Positions 29,076 through 38,258 of a stretch of DNA of 64,000 nucleotides are shown here, piece after piece (position 1 is the first letter of the stretch; every line of letters starts with the position of its first letter). The stretch covers positions 1 to 64,000 of the IMG/VR virus record IMGVR_UViG_3300046167_000883; one strand, 5' to 3'. This DNA comes from a virus. The notes below the pieces were generated by a model. The model had not been told where the DNA came from. It did not search any database and was given only the letters and a program-made list of their open reading frames with translations. The translations under genes and the position numbers were made by a program.

Positions 29076-29740
29076 TTAAGTGCCTCTGCTAATATTGGGA
29101 ATTTTTGACAAAAAATTTCTTTGCAAGCTTCTGCAATCTGCCTATGTTCTTTCTGGGTGTCTTCTTGTGAGCGGAGATCGATATAGTGAATCCAACTGCG
29201 CAGTGTGCCAGCCATGTACATTGTTGTTTCAGTTGAAAGTGGCAAAACCATTCTTGCACTTTCTCTCGCTACACCAGAATCAATTAACTTTTTATAAATT
29301 TTAAAAGCGCAATTAAAATGGTCTTCGATTAATTCTGATGCTGGTCGAGTCACCTTTGCATACAATTCGTCCATAACTACAGGATCAGAAGTTTCATCGC
29401 CAACTTGACGATTTGTTTCGCCTTGTTTCCTAAGCTCTAATTCGCTGGTTGAAAAAGCCTCTGAATATCTTTGACTAAATTCCTGGAAAGAAAATGAACG
29501 ATGGCGCAAAATTTGAGCGGCGATCGCTCTACTTGTTTTAATCTCAAGGGTCATTGACACCATCTCAAACGGAGACCAATGCTTGTGCTTAATTAAATAC
29601 CTTAACAGCTTGGGCGCTGTTTTTGTATTCATCTGATTAGATGGATTGGATACGCGAGCGCAATAAGCTACGAGATCTTCAGCGCTATCAACAAGAGAGT
29701 CGATTTCTGGTTTTGAAGTGGATACTAATTTTACTGACAT
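29060..29740 (-). CDS. thyX: Flavin-dependent thymidylate synthase
   Basis: HWSPFE, QILRHRSFSFQEFSQRY, RESARMVLP, TQKEH. Confidence 0.95.
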   Translation of the reverse strand: MSVKLVSTSKPEIDSLVDSAEDLVAYCARVSNPSNQMNTKTAPKLLRYLIKHKHWSPFEMVSMTLEIKTSRAIAAQILRHRSFSFQEFSQRYSEAFSTSELELRKQGETNRQVGDETSDPVVMDELYAKVTRPASELIEDHFNCAFKIYKKLIDSGVARESARMVLPLSTETTMYMAGTLRSWIHYIDLRSQEDTQKEHRQIAEACKEIFCQKFPILAEALKWNNS

Positions 29741-29746
29741 AAGGCT

Positions 29747-29774
29747 ATCCTATATTAAGGGCAGCTTTTGTCAA
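29747..29774 (-). promoter_or_regulatory. Sigma70-type promoter 6 nt upstream of thyX
   Basis: TTGACA-N16-TAGGAT-N6-ATG. Confidence 0.55.
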
Positions 29775-29956
29775 TTTTTATTTCTATATTTTTTCCAGTC
29801 AGATCGATGTTTTCTCACCCAAGTAAGTAAAGCTCTTTCGAAGCCAATATCTTTACCAGCTTTTTCGGACTCAATCCACTTTAATTTAAGAATCTCTTCT
29901 TTCTCCGCCAAAAATTCTTGGTATAATTTAGAACCTGTGGCAAAGTTTGGATTCAT
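29771..29956 (-). CDS. DUF4032-like small protein
   Basis: LYQEFLAEKEEILKLKWIESEKAGKDIGFERALLTW resembles a small protein recalled from Verrucomicrobia. Confidence 0.7.
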   Translation of the reverse strand: MNPNFATGSKLYQEFLAEKEEILKLKWIESEKAGKDIGFERALLTWVRKHRSDWKKYRNKN

Positions 29957-30840
29957 TAGTCTTCGTCTTGAATTTCTTGGACTTGAGAAAGTGAAGGATT
30001 GATTTCAAGAAGCGAAGCATCTGACTCTAGTTCTGCTTCAACCTTTTTGCTTGATCTCCATTGCTTACAAGACCAATATCGAGCTTTCCATTTAGGGCCT
30101 GGATTTGTGTCGCATTGATGCCTCGCTCTAAAAGATTTGCGACGCTCTGGATCGTCTCTTTTGATTTCCATGTTTGGGTCGCCGAAAGTAACTTTAACTA
30201 CATTGCCTTTGTCATTTTTAACATAAACACCAAATTTCTTTTTAGAACCTTTGGGTAGTCTGAATGGCTTATTCAATGTTTTCTTTTCTGCTTCTGTTTC
30301 GCACTCCCAGTCTTCTGATTCTGAATATTCCAAAATCTCTGTATCTGAAATTTTTGAAGCCAAGAGATCGATTTTAGCTAAGGCTAACTCAACCTTTGTA
30401 TAATCATCAAAACGCGACTCAACTGTAAGATTTGAAATTTCTTCTTCGGATGCTTTTGCTACGTCTTGATCTGCTTTGCGGTAGGAGTCTTTAACTTTAC
30501 CTCCTCGCATCATCTTTAGAAACATGTTGACGCGAGCCATAGCCCAACTACCTCTTGTTTGGCCAGGCCTGTGTGAGGTAGAAAATGCGCCAGCGCCCCT
30601 GCGGTAAACCTTTTTGAGCATACCTAGGGTGACTTTTTTGGAATGTTTTTCGTTATGCTCTTTTACTTTGTTTTTAAGAGATTGAGTTACTTTTTCGCTG
30701 AAAGTAATAGCGCCAGCAGCAGATCCAGGTTCGTTAACAGAAGAACCCTTTTTTCTTTCTTCTGGCTTTGCTGGTGTTTGGGCGGCGCTTTTGGGGCCAG
30801 GGCGGCCAGCTTCAATTTGTTGCGAAAAATCTAATTCCAT
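29956..30840 (-). CDS. Basic two-domain hypothetical protein, probably late/virion-associated
   Basis: VYRRGAGAFSTSHRPG...WAMARVN domain plus LNKPFR...KKFGVYVK...FGDP...SFRARH.C...ARYWSC domain, both seen in large viruses; GTGTAA upstream. Confidence 0.7.
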   Translation of the reverse strand: MELDFSQQIEAGRPGPKSAAQTPAKPEERKKGSSVNEPGSAAGAITFSEKVTQSLKNKVKEHNEKHSKKVTLGMLKKVYRRGAGAFSTSHRPGQTRGSWAMARVNMFLKMMRGGKVKDSYRKADQDVAKASEEEISNLTVESRFDDYTKVELALAKIDLLASKISDTEILEYSESEDWECETEAEKKTLNKPFRLPKGSKKKFGVYVKNDKGNVVKVTFGDPNMEIKRDDPERRKSFRARHQCDTNPGPKWKARYWSCKQWRSSKKVEAELESDASLLEINPSLSQVQEIQDED

Positions 30841-30849
30841 ATCTATATA

Positions 30850-30855
30850 TTACAC
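30850..30855 (-). promoter_or_regulatory. GTGTAA element 9 nt upstream of ATG 30840
   Basis: Recurring motif. Confidence 0.6.
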
Positions 30856-30870
30856 TTTTTTAAAAAAATT

Positions 30871-31158
30871 CTACCCCCAAAGATTATAAGCTATAATTCC
30901 GCCGATCGCCGTTAACAAACCGCTAACAAAAATCCAAGTTAATTTATTAAAACCATTAATAAAAGCTTTTGTTTCGGCGGTAGTTCTTTCCATGTCCATA
31001 ACTCTATTGTTCATGTCTTCTATTTTTTTAAATAGAACGTCTGTCAAAGTTCCTAGTTGAATTAACTTTTCTTCAGCTCTAGCAATAGCAATAATCGCAT
31101 CTGATAATTTATCAACTTTTTCTTCGATTCTTGTTAGCCTATCTTCTTGGTCGCCCAT
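30871..31158 (-). CDS. Coiled-coil plus C-terminal TM protein (XhlA/holin-like)
   Basis: RLTRIEEKVDKL coiled coil and a single C-terminal hydrophobic helix. Confidence 0.55.
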   Translation of the reverse strand: MGDQEDRLTRIEEKVDKLSDAIIAIARAEEKLIQLGTLTDVLFKKIEDMNNRVMDMERTTAETKAFINGFNKLTWIFVSGLLTAIGGIIAYNLWG

Positions 31159-31167
31159 TAAATGGGT

Positions 31168-31173
31168 TTACAC
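31168..31173 (-). promoter_or_regulatory. GTGTAA element 9 nt upstream of ATG 31158
   Basis: Recurring motif. Confidence 0.6.
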
Positions 31174-31177
31174 TTTT

Positions 31178-31915
31178 TTATAGCAACATGCCCTCAAAAA
31201 CACAATGAACGTGCATATCGTTACCTGTGGAGGATACTACTTGAAACATAACATCGCTACCACCAGGTATTGGAAGGGGCATGTCAAGTTTAATTACAGA
31301 AGGAGAAGAGTTTGATAATGCTATAATTTCTTGGGTTCTAAATACAGATCCCTTTTGTCTTACAACCAGTTTTAATGTCAAATTTACTGTTTTATTTGAG
31401 ACTTTGGCATCACACGACAAATGATATGACGAAAGATGAAATAAATTATTTATAGGAACGGTATAAACCGCTTGCATTGTTTGGTTATGGCCGTTTTCAA
31501 TAATTCCTTTTACATCAGAATCTACATCTGGTTCCCCAAGTGTGTTGTCGCCACCTGTATAAACAAAAATATTGCCAGCAACATCATCTGTGTCATCATT
31601 ATATACACGGTTAATTCTAGACCATTTACCTCCTAATGGTATGCGGGTTTGGCCTCGCATTGTTACCACTTCCTCTTTTTCTTTGAAATTTTCATCAAGA
31701 CCCTGTACCCTGATTGGCATAGTATCGCTACTGCTGTTGCTGGAGATATACATTATTTCACCAGCATCGTTTGGAAAGGTATAATCTCCAGCTACATCTG
31801 CATAGCTCCAAACAGCTTCGTTTGTGGTATCTAAATCTACATCATCGTGTGTGCCAAATTTTCTGACAAACTTGCCAGTTTTTCTTTGAATATCGTGTAG
31901 ATGAAACGAAGCCAT
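31178..31915 (-). CDS. Hypothetical beta-rich protein, probably virion-associated
   Basis: RKFG...VQGLDEN...QTMQAVYTVP pattern; GTGTAA upstream. Confidence 0.65.
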   Translation of the reverse strand: MASFHLHDIQRKTGKFVRKFGTHDDVDLDTTNEAVWSYADVAGDYTFPNDAGEIMYISSNSSSDTMPIRVQGLDENFKEKEEVVTMRGQTRIPLGGKWSRINRVYNDDTDDVAGNIFVYTGGDNTLGEPDVDSDVKGIIENGHNQTMQAVYTVPINNLFHLSSYHLSCDAKVSNKTVNLTLKLVVRQKGSVFRTQEIIALSNSSPSVIKLDMPLPIPGGSDVMFQVVSSTGNDMHVHCVFEGMLL

Positions 31916-31923
31916 GTATTACT

Positions 31924-31929
31924 TTACAC
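31924..31929 (-). promoter_or_regulatory. GTGTAA element 8 nt upstream of ATG 31915
   Basis: Recurring motif. Confidence 0.6.
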
Positions 31930-33573
31930 TTAACCAGAGCAAGATTGACACTCAAGTAGATTTCTACTCAATTCTTGGGATGGGTTCGTACCACGTTGAT
32001 AATAGAGGCTTTTGACTCCCTGCTCCCAAGCAAAGATCATAAGTTGGCTGACCTCTTTTGGGGAAGATTTGGGGTGAACCATAATATTCAAACTTTGCGC
32101 CTGATCAATGAACTTTTGACGTTGGGCGGCTTGAATAATTACTTCCTTTTGACTAATTTCACCAAAAGTCTTAAATACATCTTTTTCTTCTTGTGTAAGA
32201 AAATCAAGGTGCTGAACTGAACCGCCCTTTACTAGAATACTTTTCCAGGTTGCGGCATCGTTCTTTTCGTGCTTTTCTAGAAGTTTTTCCAAATAGGGGT
32301 TTTTGTAGGTAAACTTACCCTTGGCTAAATCTTTTACAAAGTAATTTGAATTAAGTGGCTCAATGCTTGGCGAAACTTGTCCAAGAATAAAGGAACTAGA
32401 TGTCGTAGGAGCAATAGCCATCGTAGTGACATTTCGCAAACCGTAACCTTTAAGTAGTTCTGGTTCGCCGTAAACCTTTGCCATTTGTTTTGAAGCATTT
32501 TGTGTTTTTTCAAAAATCAATTTATGAATTTCGGAATTTAGTAATTTTGCATCAAAAGATTCGAAGGCGATATTCTTGGATTGCAACAAGGAGTGCCAAC
32601 CAAGTACACCGATACCTAAAGCTCTTTGACGCTTTGCAAAATTTGCTGGTGCTTCCATGAAGGGAAGTTTTTTACATTTATCAATAAATTCCGTCATGAC
32701 CGCATCTAAGAAGTATGTCAAAATTTCTGGAGCATCTGTATCCTTCCATTCGTCGTAATGAAGCAAGTTCATTGAAGAAAGATTACAAACAAAAGATTCG
32801 TCTTGATTTGAATGAAGCGCGATTTCAGAACAAAGATTACTTGCATAAATCTTTAACCCTTTTTCTTGGTAAACAAGGGGAGAGTTGTTGTTCATATTGT
32901 CTGAGAAGAAAATGTATGGATAGCCGCTTTCAAAGCGCTTCTTGATGATTGCTGCCCAAATTTTACGCTTTTCTTTGTCTCCAGCTAACATTTCCTTCAT
33001 CCACTCATCTGAGATTGTCACTCCGATTGAGAGATTTTGAATTGTATTGCCATCGCCTCTGATTTTTAAGAATTCCAAAATGTCTGGATGTTCAACTGGC
33101 AAATAAGCCGCAAAGCTGCCACGACGAACGTTGCTTTGAGAAACAACATTAGCCACGGTTTCAAAAATCTCCATAAAATGAACTGGGCCATTTGATTTGC
33201 CGCCGCTAGATATTTCGGCGCCACGCTCTCTGAGTTCACCAAAGTAACCAGATGTACCTCCGCCAGCTTTTGTCATCATTCCAACTTCTGCTGATTTTTT
33301 TAGAATCTCTTCCATCTTATCGGAGATGTAAGAACCAAAACAAGAAATTGGCAGACCTCTCTTCAGTCCAAAGTTTGCCCAAATTGGACTTGATAGGCTA
33401 TACCAGCCCTTGGACATATAATCCTCAAATTTTTCTGCGAATCCAGGAATCCCCAAAATCTCTTGGGCGCTTTCTGCTATTTCGGAGATTCTGCCTTCTG
33501 CTGATTGTCCTTCTTCTAGATAACCTCTTTTGAGGAACAACCTTGAATCTTTGTTTAACCAATAATATTTCAT
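31930..33573 (-). CDS. nrdA: Class I ribonucleotide reductase large subunit (no ATP cone)
   Basis: LPISCF, GGGTSG, RRGSFAAYL, SNLCSEI, CNLSS, AIAPTTSSS, KSLYY and C-terminal CxxC. Confidence 0.95.
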   Translation of the reverse strand: MKYYWLNKDSRLFLKRGYLEEGQSAEGRISEIAESAQEILGIPGFAEKFEDYMSKGWYSLSSPIWANFGLKRGLPISCFGSYISDKMEEILKKSAEVGMMTKAGGGTSGYFGELRERGAEISSGGKSNGPVHFMEIFETVANVVSQSNVRRGSFAAYLPVEHPDILEFLKIRGDGNTIQNLSIGVTISDEWMKEMLAGDKEKRKIWAAIIKKRFESGYPYIFFSDNMNNNSPLVYQEKGLKIYASNLCSEIALHSNQDESFVCNLSSMNLLHYDEWKDTDAPEILTYFLDAVMTEFIDKCKKLPFMEAPANFAKRQRALGIGVLGWHSLLQSKNIAFESFDAKLLNSEIHKLIFEKTQNASKQMAKVYGEPELLKGYGLRNVTTMAIAPTTSSSFILGQVSPSIEPLNSNYFVKDLAKGKFTYKNPYLEKLLEKHEKNDAATWKSILVKGGSVQHLDFLTQEEKDVFKTFGEISQKEVIIQAAQRQKFIDQAQSLNIMVHPKSSPKEVSQLMIFAWEQGVKSLYYQRGTNPSQELSRNLLECQSCSG

Positions 33574-34172
33574 TAGAATTTTTTTCCTTTACTTAAATTT
33601 TCTTTTGCCCACAGCGGTTGTAAGTTTTTATAGTTAAAGCATACTAACTGTTCCGAATCTTTTGTCAAGTCAAATAAAGCGCAAGGTTTGACATGGTCAA
33701 TATGCCAACCGTCAACTCCATGGTTTTCCCAAGTCATCCCTTCTTGGAACTGGCTTTCTAGATAAGTTTTCAGTTCTTCAATTGAGCATCCCAATAAATC
33801 CATGATGCTTTGGGCTTTTGAGACTCCGTTCAGGGCTGACCACACCCTGCCTCTCAAACATTCTGCTATTTTTGCTTGAGGATTCGTTTTGCGTCTCATT
33901 CTTTGGTATGCGTGTTTTTTATCTTTATTATTTTGATAATATTCCGCACACTGCCGTAGTCTGGATTCCTTATTCAGATTATACCATTCTCTGTTTTTCT
34001 TTAAAGTTTTGGATTTGTTTTTGGAATAGTGTTTGTCGTAAAGACTCTTTTGACAAGACTTACAACGGTACGAAAGGCCGTCCTTTCGAGACTTGTCTTT
34101 GCTAAAGTTCTCGATAGGTAGGGTCTTTCCGCACTTATTGCAATCCTTTCTAGAACAAGTCATCTTCGTCAA
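33573..34172 (-). mobile_element. Free-standing HNH homing endonuclease between nrdB and nrdA
   Basis: CNKC...CKSC Zn finger; LGCSIEELK...MTWENHG...WHIDHVKPC...NLQPLWAKENLSK HNH motif; overlaps both nrd genes. Confidence 0.85.
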
Positions 34173-35121
34173 AACTCCTGTCCTTTTTGGAATATTCTAC
34201 AGGACGTTTAAAAAAGAAGTCTGTAGAACTATTCCCCAAAACGTCTTCCGAAAACCAAATTGTTTGTTCTATGACTTCCTTGTCAACACTAAAAACAGGA
34301 TCAATTCCGATTTCTTTTAGTGACTCGTTTAGCCTATTTTTAATAAATTCTTTTAGAGTATCCGCGCTGATGTTTTCTTTTTTGTAGTCGCCCAAAATCC
34401 AATCGATAATTTTAGATTCAGCTTCAAATGCGCAGTGAGCCTCTTCCTTTAATCGGGAAATTAAATCGTCATCAAACAGGTCTGGGTATTCTTCTCTGAG
34501 AATATTTACAATTTTTGTTCCAACCTTTGCGTGAATATCTTCTTCTCTACTTGTATATGCGACTTGTTGTGCGGTATCTTTTAGTAGATTCTCGTATCGA
34601 TTAAACCAGTTAATGATGTAAAATTGACTAAACAGTGAAACGTTTTCGACGAACAATGTAAACAAAATAAGTGAATATACATATTGCTTTTTTTCATCCT
34701 TGTAACATTTGTTTAAGTATTTGCGAAGATAGTCAACACGACCCTTGATGATATCAAGTTTCAAATTTTCTTCGAACACATCCTCAAGTCCAAGTACGCT
34801 CAAAAGTCTCTCATAAGCGTTATTATGAATCACCTCAATGTTTGCCATAACGTAACCAAGATCGGTTATTCCAGGATGCGGCAAATGGTTGCCTAAGTTT
34901 GCCCAAAACTTCTTTACAGAAACCTCAACTTGACCAATCGCAGATAGTGTCCTTTTTACAATTTCTCTCTCTTGATCGTTGAGGTTTACCTTAAAATCTT
35001 GGACGTCTGATTGAAAGTTAAATTCCTTGTCCGTCCAGAACCCATTATGCATGGCGTTTACGAAATCCTCTGTCCACGGGTAGAGGTTTGGCTTCCTTGA
35101 TATCTGTTCTTCAAATAACAT
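34150..35121 (-). CDS. nrdB: Class I ribonucleotide reductase small subunit
   Basis: FWTDKE, EVIHNNAY, VENVSLFSQF, EEDIH, DFFFKRPVEY; ATG 35121 is 10 nt after a GTGTAA element at 35132-35137. Confidence 0.95.
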   Translation of the reverse strand: MLFEEQISRKPNLYPWTEDFVNAMHNGFWTDKEFNFQSDVQDFKVNLNDQEREIVKRTLSAIGQVEVSVKKFWANLGNHLPHPGITDLGYVMANIEVIHNNAYERLLSVLGLEDVFEENLKLDIIKGRVDYLRKYLNKCYKDEKKQYVYSLILFTLFVENVSLFSQFYIINWFNRYENLLKDTAQQVAYTSREEDIHAKVGTKIVNILREEYPDLFDDDLISRLKEEAHCAFEAESKIIDWILGDYKKENISADTLKEFIKNRLNESLKEIGIDPVFSVDKEVIEQTIWFSEDVLGNSSTDFFFKRPVEYSKKDRSFDEDDLF

Positions 35122-35169
35122 ACCCATAAATTTACACCGCACCAAAACAAAGTCAATTATTTTCAGCAA

Positions 35170-35375
35170 AAAGTTAAAAAAAGTTTTTTTGGCTTGACTT
35201 TTCGTGTATTCGGTTTAATATGGAGTAAATTACGAGTGAACGAACAGGGTGAGTGAACGAGTAATTATATAATAATATATATAAATTATTTATAAGATAC
35301 TTTATAAAATATATATAAGAAATAAGGCAAAAATTTGCCTTGACTTGTTATTATATTTAATCAATAATATAAGAG
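35170..35375. promoter_or_regulatory. Divergent promoter region with direct repeats and AT tract (possible replication origin)
   Basis: Strand switch; GAGTGAACGA at 35234-35243 and 35251-35260; near-pure A/T run at about 35261-35325; TTGACT-N17-AATAAT-N7-ATG before 35376. Confidence 0.5.
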
Positions 35376-35666
35376 ATGATTAAATTAGATAGCTCTAAAG
35401 AAAACTTCTACTTTTGTACGACGGCAGATTGGTCTGTTATGATTCAAGCAAAAGATGAAGCTAAGGCAGCAAATGAAGCAATAAAGTACGGATTGGATGT
35501 TCTTAAAGAAGATGCGATTGTTTCTCCTTGCTTGAGAGTAAAAAAAATTGAAGAAGATTTTGAAGATTCGGATATTCTTTTTAGAATAGATAAAATATTT
35601 GCGGACATTGGAATGTACAAAGAATCTAGGGCGATGTCTGAGTTAATGAAAAATTTAAAATCATGA
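35376..35666 (+). CDS. Hypothetical protein
   Basis: 96 aa first gene of the + strand operon. Confidence 0.7.
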   Translation: MIKLDSSKENFYFCTTADWSVMIQAKDEAKAANEAIKYGLDVLKEDAIVSPCLRVKKIEEDFEDSDILFRIDKIFADIGMYKESRAMSELMKNLKS

Positions 35667-36247
35667 TTGGAATAGGCGGATTAGCAAGATCAGGAAAAGA
35701 TACCTTGGCCAAAAATTTGGCTGAAGTTATCGAAAAGGATTTGGGGCGCAAAGTTAAGATATTTTCTTTTGCTTACCCTTTAAGGTGTCAGATTGAGAGT
35801 TTTTTACAACAGTTTTACCATTTGTCTGCGTTTACTGAAGATGAGGAAGAAAAAAAGATTATTAGACCTCTTCTTGTTGCTCACGGAGAACAAATGAAAC
35901 AAAAATTTGGAAAAGATATTTGGCTTAAACAATTATTGGGTGAGATTTATGAAGACTTAAGGTATGAGGAATTTTTCCCCATCATTTCTGATGTAAGATT
36001 TGATTTTGAAGCAAAAAGCTTAAAAGAAGAGGGGTGTCAAATTATTCACATAACAAAGTTAGGTAATGAGCCGCCAAACGAAATAGAGGCTAAAAACGAC
36101 CCGCTTTTAAGAAATATTTCCGATTTAACGCACACTTGGCCAGCCTACGAGCCAGACCAAATGCACCAATGTATGGATCACGCACAAATTTTGTGGCAAA
36201 TGTTAAAAGAAACTCACGGCGAAACATGGAAGAAGATATATTCTTAA
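35663..36247 (+). CDS. Deoxynucleoside monophosphate kinase
   Basis: GIGGLARSGKDT P-loop, FAYPLR, RPLLVAHG, ISDVRFDFE. Confidence 0.85.
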   Translation: MIGIGGLARSGKDTLAKNLAEVIEKDLGRKVKIFSFAYPLRCQIESFLQQFYHLSAFTEDEEEKKIIRPLLVAHGEQMKQKFGKDIWLKQLLGEIYEDLRYEEFFPIISDVRFDFEAKSLKEEGCQIIHITKLGNEPPNEIEAKNDPLLRNISDLTHTWPAYEPDQMHQCMDHAQILWQMLKETHGETWKKIYS

Positions 36248-36783
36248 TAAATAGGGTAAAAAAATATGGCGACGCTGATTCCGTAAAAGAGTTGATAAAC
36301 AGACACTCTGGCATCTATGTAGAAATGGTTAATAAATATCTTCCAGAATCAATGGAAGGTGTTAACAAAGATGACGTTTTGCAGGATAAGGATTTTTGCA
36401 TATACGATGCAGCTATTAAATTTGATCAAACAAAAAATACAAAGTTCAGTACCTACATAGGAAATCTAGCCCGATGGAAATGTTTAAATATTTATAACAA
36501 AAATATTAAATTCCCACAATCGTCTATTTCTGAGATTTTTAACGACAGTGTTTCGTGTGATGCTGGCATAGAGGAACTAGAAAAACAGGAAGAAATCAAA
36601 CGAATCTTTTCTGCTATAGAAAAAATCCCAGACAAAAGAGTGAAGCGAATATTTAAAATGCGCTACAAAGGTGGCAAAAAATTAACTCCTTGGAAAAAAA
36701 TTGCAAAAAAGCTTGACTTATCAATACAAGGATGTATAAATATTCACAATAAACATTTAACAGAGATAAAAAAATATGTATAG
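36226..36783 (+). CDS. Phage sigma70-family RNA polymerase sigma factor
   Basis: Region 2 (YDAAIKFDQTKNTKFSTY) and region 4 HTH (IFKMRY...WKKIAKKLDLSIQGC); ATG 36226. Confidence 0.8.
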   Translation: MEEDIFLINRVKKYGDADSVKELINRHSGIYVEMVNKYLPESMEGVNKDDVLQDKDFCIYDAAIKFDQTKNTKFSTYIGNLARWKCLNIYNKNIKFPQSSISEIFNDSVSCDAGIEELEKQEEIKRIFSAIEKIPDKRVKRIFKMRYKGGKKLTPWKKIAKKLDLSIQGCINIHNKHLTEIKKYV

Positions 36784-37138
36784 TAAAACAGTAATCGTAG
36801 GGAATCTCGCACGAGATCCAGAATCACGCAAGGCTGGCGAATCAAATGTAACTCGCCTTGTTTTAGCAGTAAACGACCCACGTCAAAAGGATAAGGTTTC
36901 TTATATTGATGTTGAGGCGTGGAGTAAGCTTGGAGATATTTGTCAACAATATCTAAGCAAGGGACGACAAGTTCTTGCAGAGGGCCGACTAGTCCAAGAC
37001 ACTTGGGAAAAGGATGGCAAGAAGCAATCAAAGCTTTATGTCAAGGCTGACAATGTTCAATTTCTTGGAGGCAAGGGAGAAAAGACAGAAGGCTCTGCCC
37101 CAGCACCAGCAGGAACTGACGAAGATATTCCCTTCTAA
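36776..37138 (+). CDS. ssb: Single-stranded DNA-binding protein
   Basis: VGNLARDPE, LSKGRQVLAEGRL, VQFL and C-terminal DEDIPF. Confidence 0.95.
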   Translation: MYSKTVIVGNLARDPESRKAGESNVTRLVLAVNDPRQKDKVSYIDVEAWSKLGDICQQYLSKGRQVLAEGRLVQDTWEKDGKKQSKLYVKADNVQFLGGKGEKTEGSAPAPAGTDEDIPF

Positions 37139-38226
37139 TGGATTTAATCGTAGAGTCTCCTCTTAATTCTCTCTCGTTTGGGAATGTATCATATAACATC
37201 CTCCGCCAACTTTGGCGGAAGGGTGTCAATGTGATGTTGTATCCAATAAGCAATAATGTAAATTTAAGTGCTTACGATAAAATTGACAAAGAGTTTGCGG
37301 GTTGGCTTGAAGAATCAATTCAAAATGCAAATTCAAAAATCAAATCAGACATTCCTTCCCTTAAGCTCTGGCACTTAAATGGTTCTCAAAGTCGCGTTGG
37401 TTCCAAGCAGGTTTTATATACTTTCTATGAACTTGACCAACCAACCAAAGACGAAATCAATCTTGCAAAATTTCAGGATAAGATTTATTTTTCTAGCTCT
37501 TATTCTGCAAATAAGTTTAAAGATCTTGGCGTGGATGCTGGTGTTGTTCCTGTCGGTTTCGATGAAGACTTCGAAAAAACTGGCAAAGAATACCTAAACC
37601 CCTATGTTATCCACTTTGGATTGATGGGCAAGTTTGAAAAGCGCAAACATACAGAAAAGATAATCAAATTGTGGTTAGCTAAGTACGGCAACAATAATCG
37701 ATATCAACTAAGTGTTTGTGTGACAAATCCATTCTTCAAAGAAGATGAGATGAAATCTATTCTTGTTAATTGTTTGGAAGGTAAGCGTTATACCAATATA
37801 AACTTCCTACCGTATTTAAAAACAAATTCAGAAGTTAATGATTTTATGAATGCTATTGATATTGACTTAACTGGATTAAGTGGCGCAGAGGGTTGGAATC
37901 TTCCAGCGTTCAATGCTACCTGCCTCGGTAAGTGGTCAATTGTTTTAAATGCAACATCTCATAAAGATTGGGCAAATAAGTCTAATTCAATCCTTATTGA
38001 ACCAAACGGTACTGAACCTTGCTACGATGGAAAATTCTTCCAAGAAGGAACTCCATTTAATCAAGGAAATATCTTCACTTGGGACAGTGACGTTGTGTCA
38101 CAAGCTATGGATGAAGCTGTCTCAAAAAAGGGACAAAATAACACTGAAGGAGAGAAGTTGAAAGACGAATTTTCTTACAGTAAGGCTGTAGACCGCTTAC
38201 TTAAAGGGATTGAAGAGGTTGCGTAA
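37138..38226 (+). CDS. GT4-like glycosyltransferase
   Basis: PLNSLSFGNV, GKFEKRK, SGAEGWNLPAF. Confidence 0.8.
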   Translation: MDLIVESPLNSLSFGNVSYNILRQLWRKGVNVMLYPISNNVNLSAYDKIDKEFAGWLEESIQNANSKIKSDIPSLKLWHLNGSQSRVGSKQVLYTFYELDQPTKDEINLAKFQDKIYFSSSYSANKFKDLGVDAGVVPVGFDEDFEKTGKEYLNPYVIHFGLMGKFEKRKHTEKIIKLWLAKYGNNNRYQLSVCVTNPFFKEDEMKSILVNCLEGKRYTNINFLPYLKTNSEVNDFMNAIDIDLTGLSGAEGWNLPAFNATCLGKWSIVLNATSHKDWANKSNSILIEPNGTEPCYDGKFFQEGTPFNQGNIFTWDSDVVSQAMDEAVSKKGQNNTEGEKLKDEFSYSKAVDRLLKGIEEVA

Positions 38227-38228
38227 AA

Positions 38229-38245
38229 TTGGCACACGCTTTGCA
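38229..38245 (+). promoter_or_regulatory. Sigma54 (-24/-12) promoter upstream of hsp20
   Basis: TTGGCACACGCTTTGCA matches TGGCAC-N5-TTGC. Confidence 0.7.
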
Positions 38246-38258
38246 AATATAAAAGCCT

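Noticed and set aside
13610-35121. Inteins or introns in dnaE, dnaB, recA or nrdA/B
   Set aside because: Motifs are contiguous with normal spacing; no splice-junction signatures or large inserts
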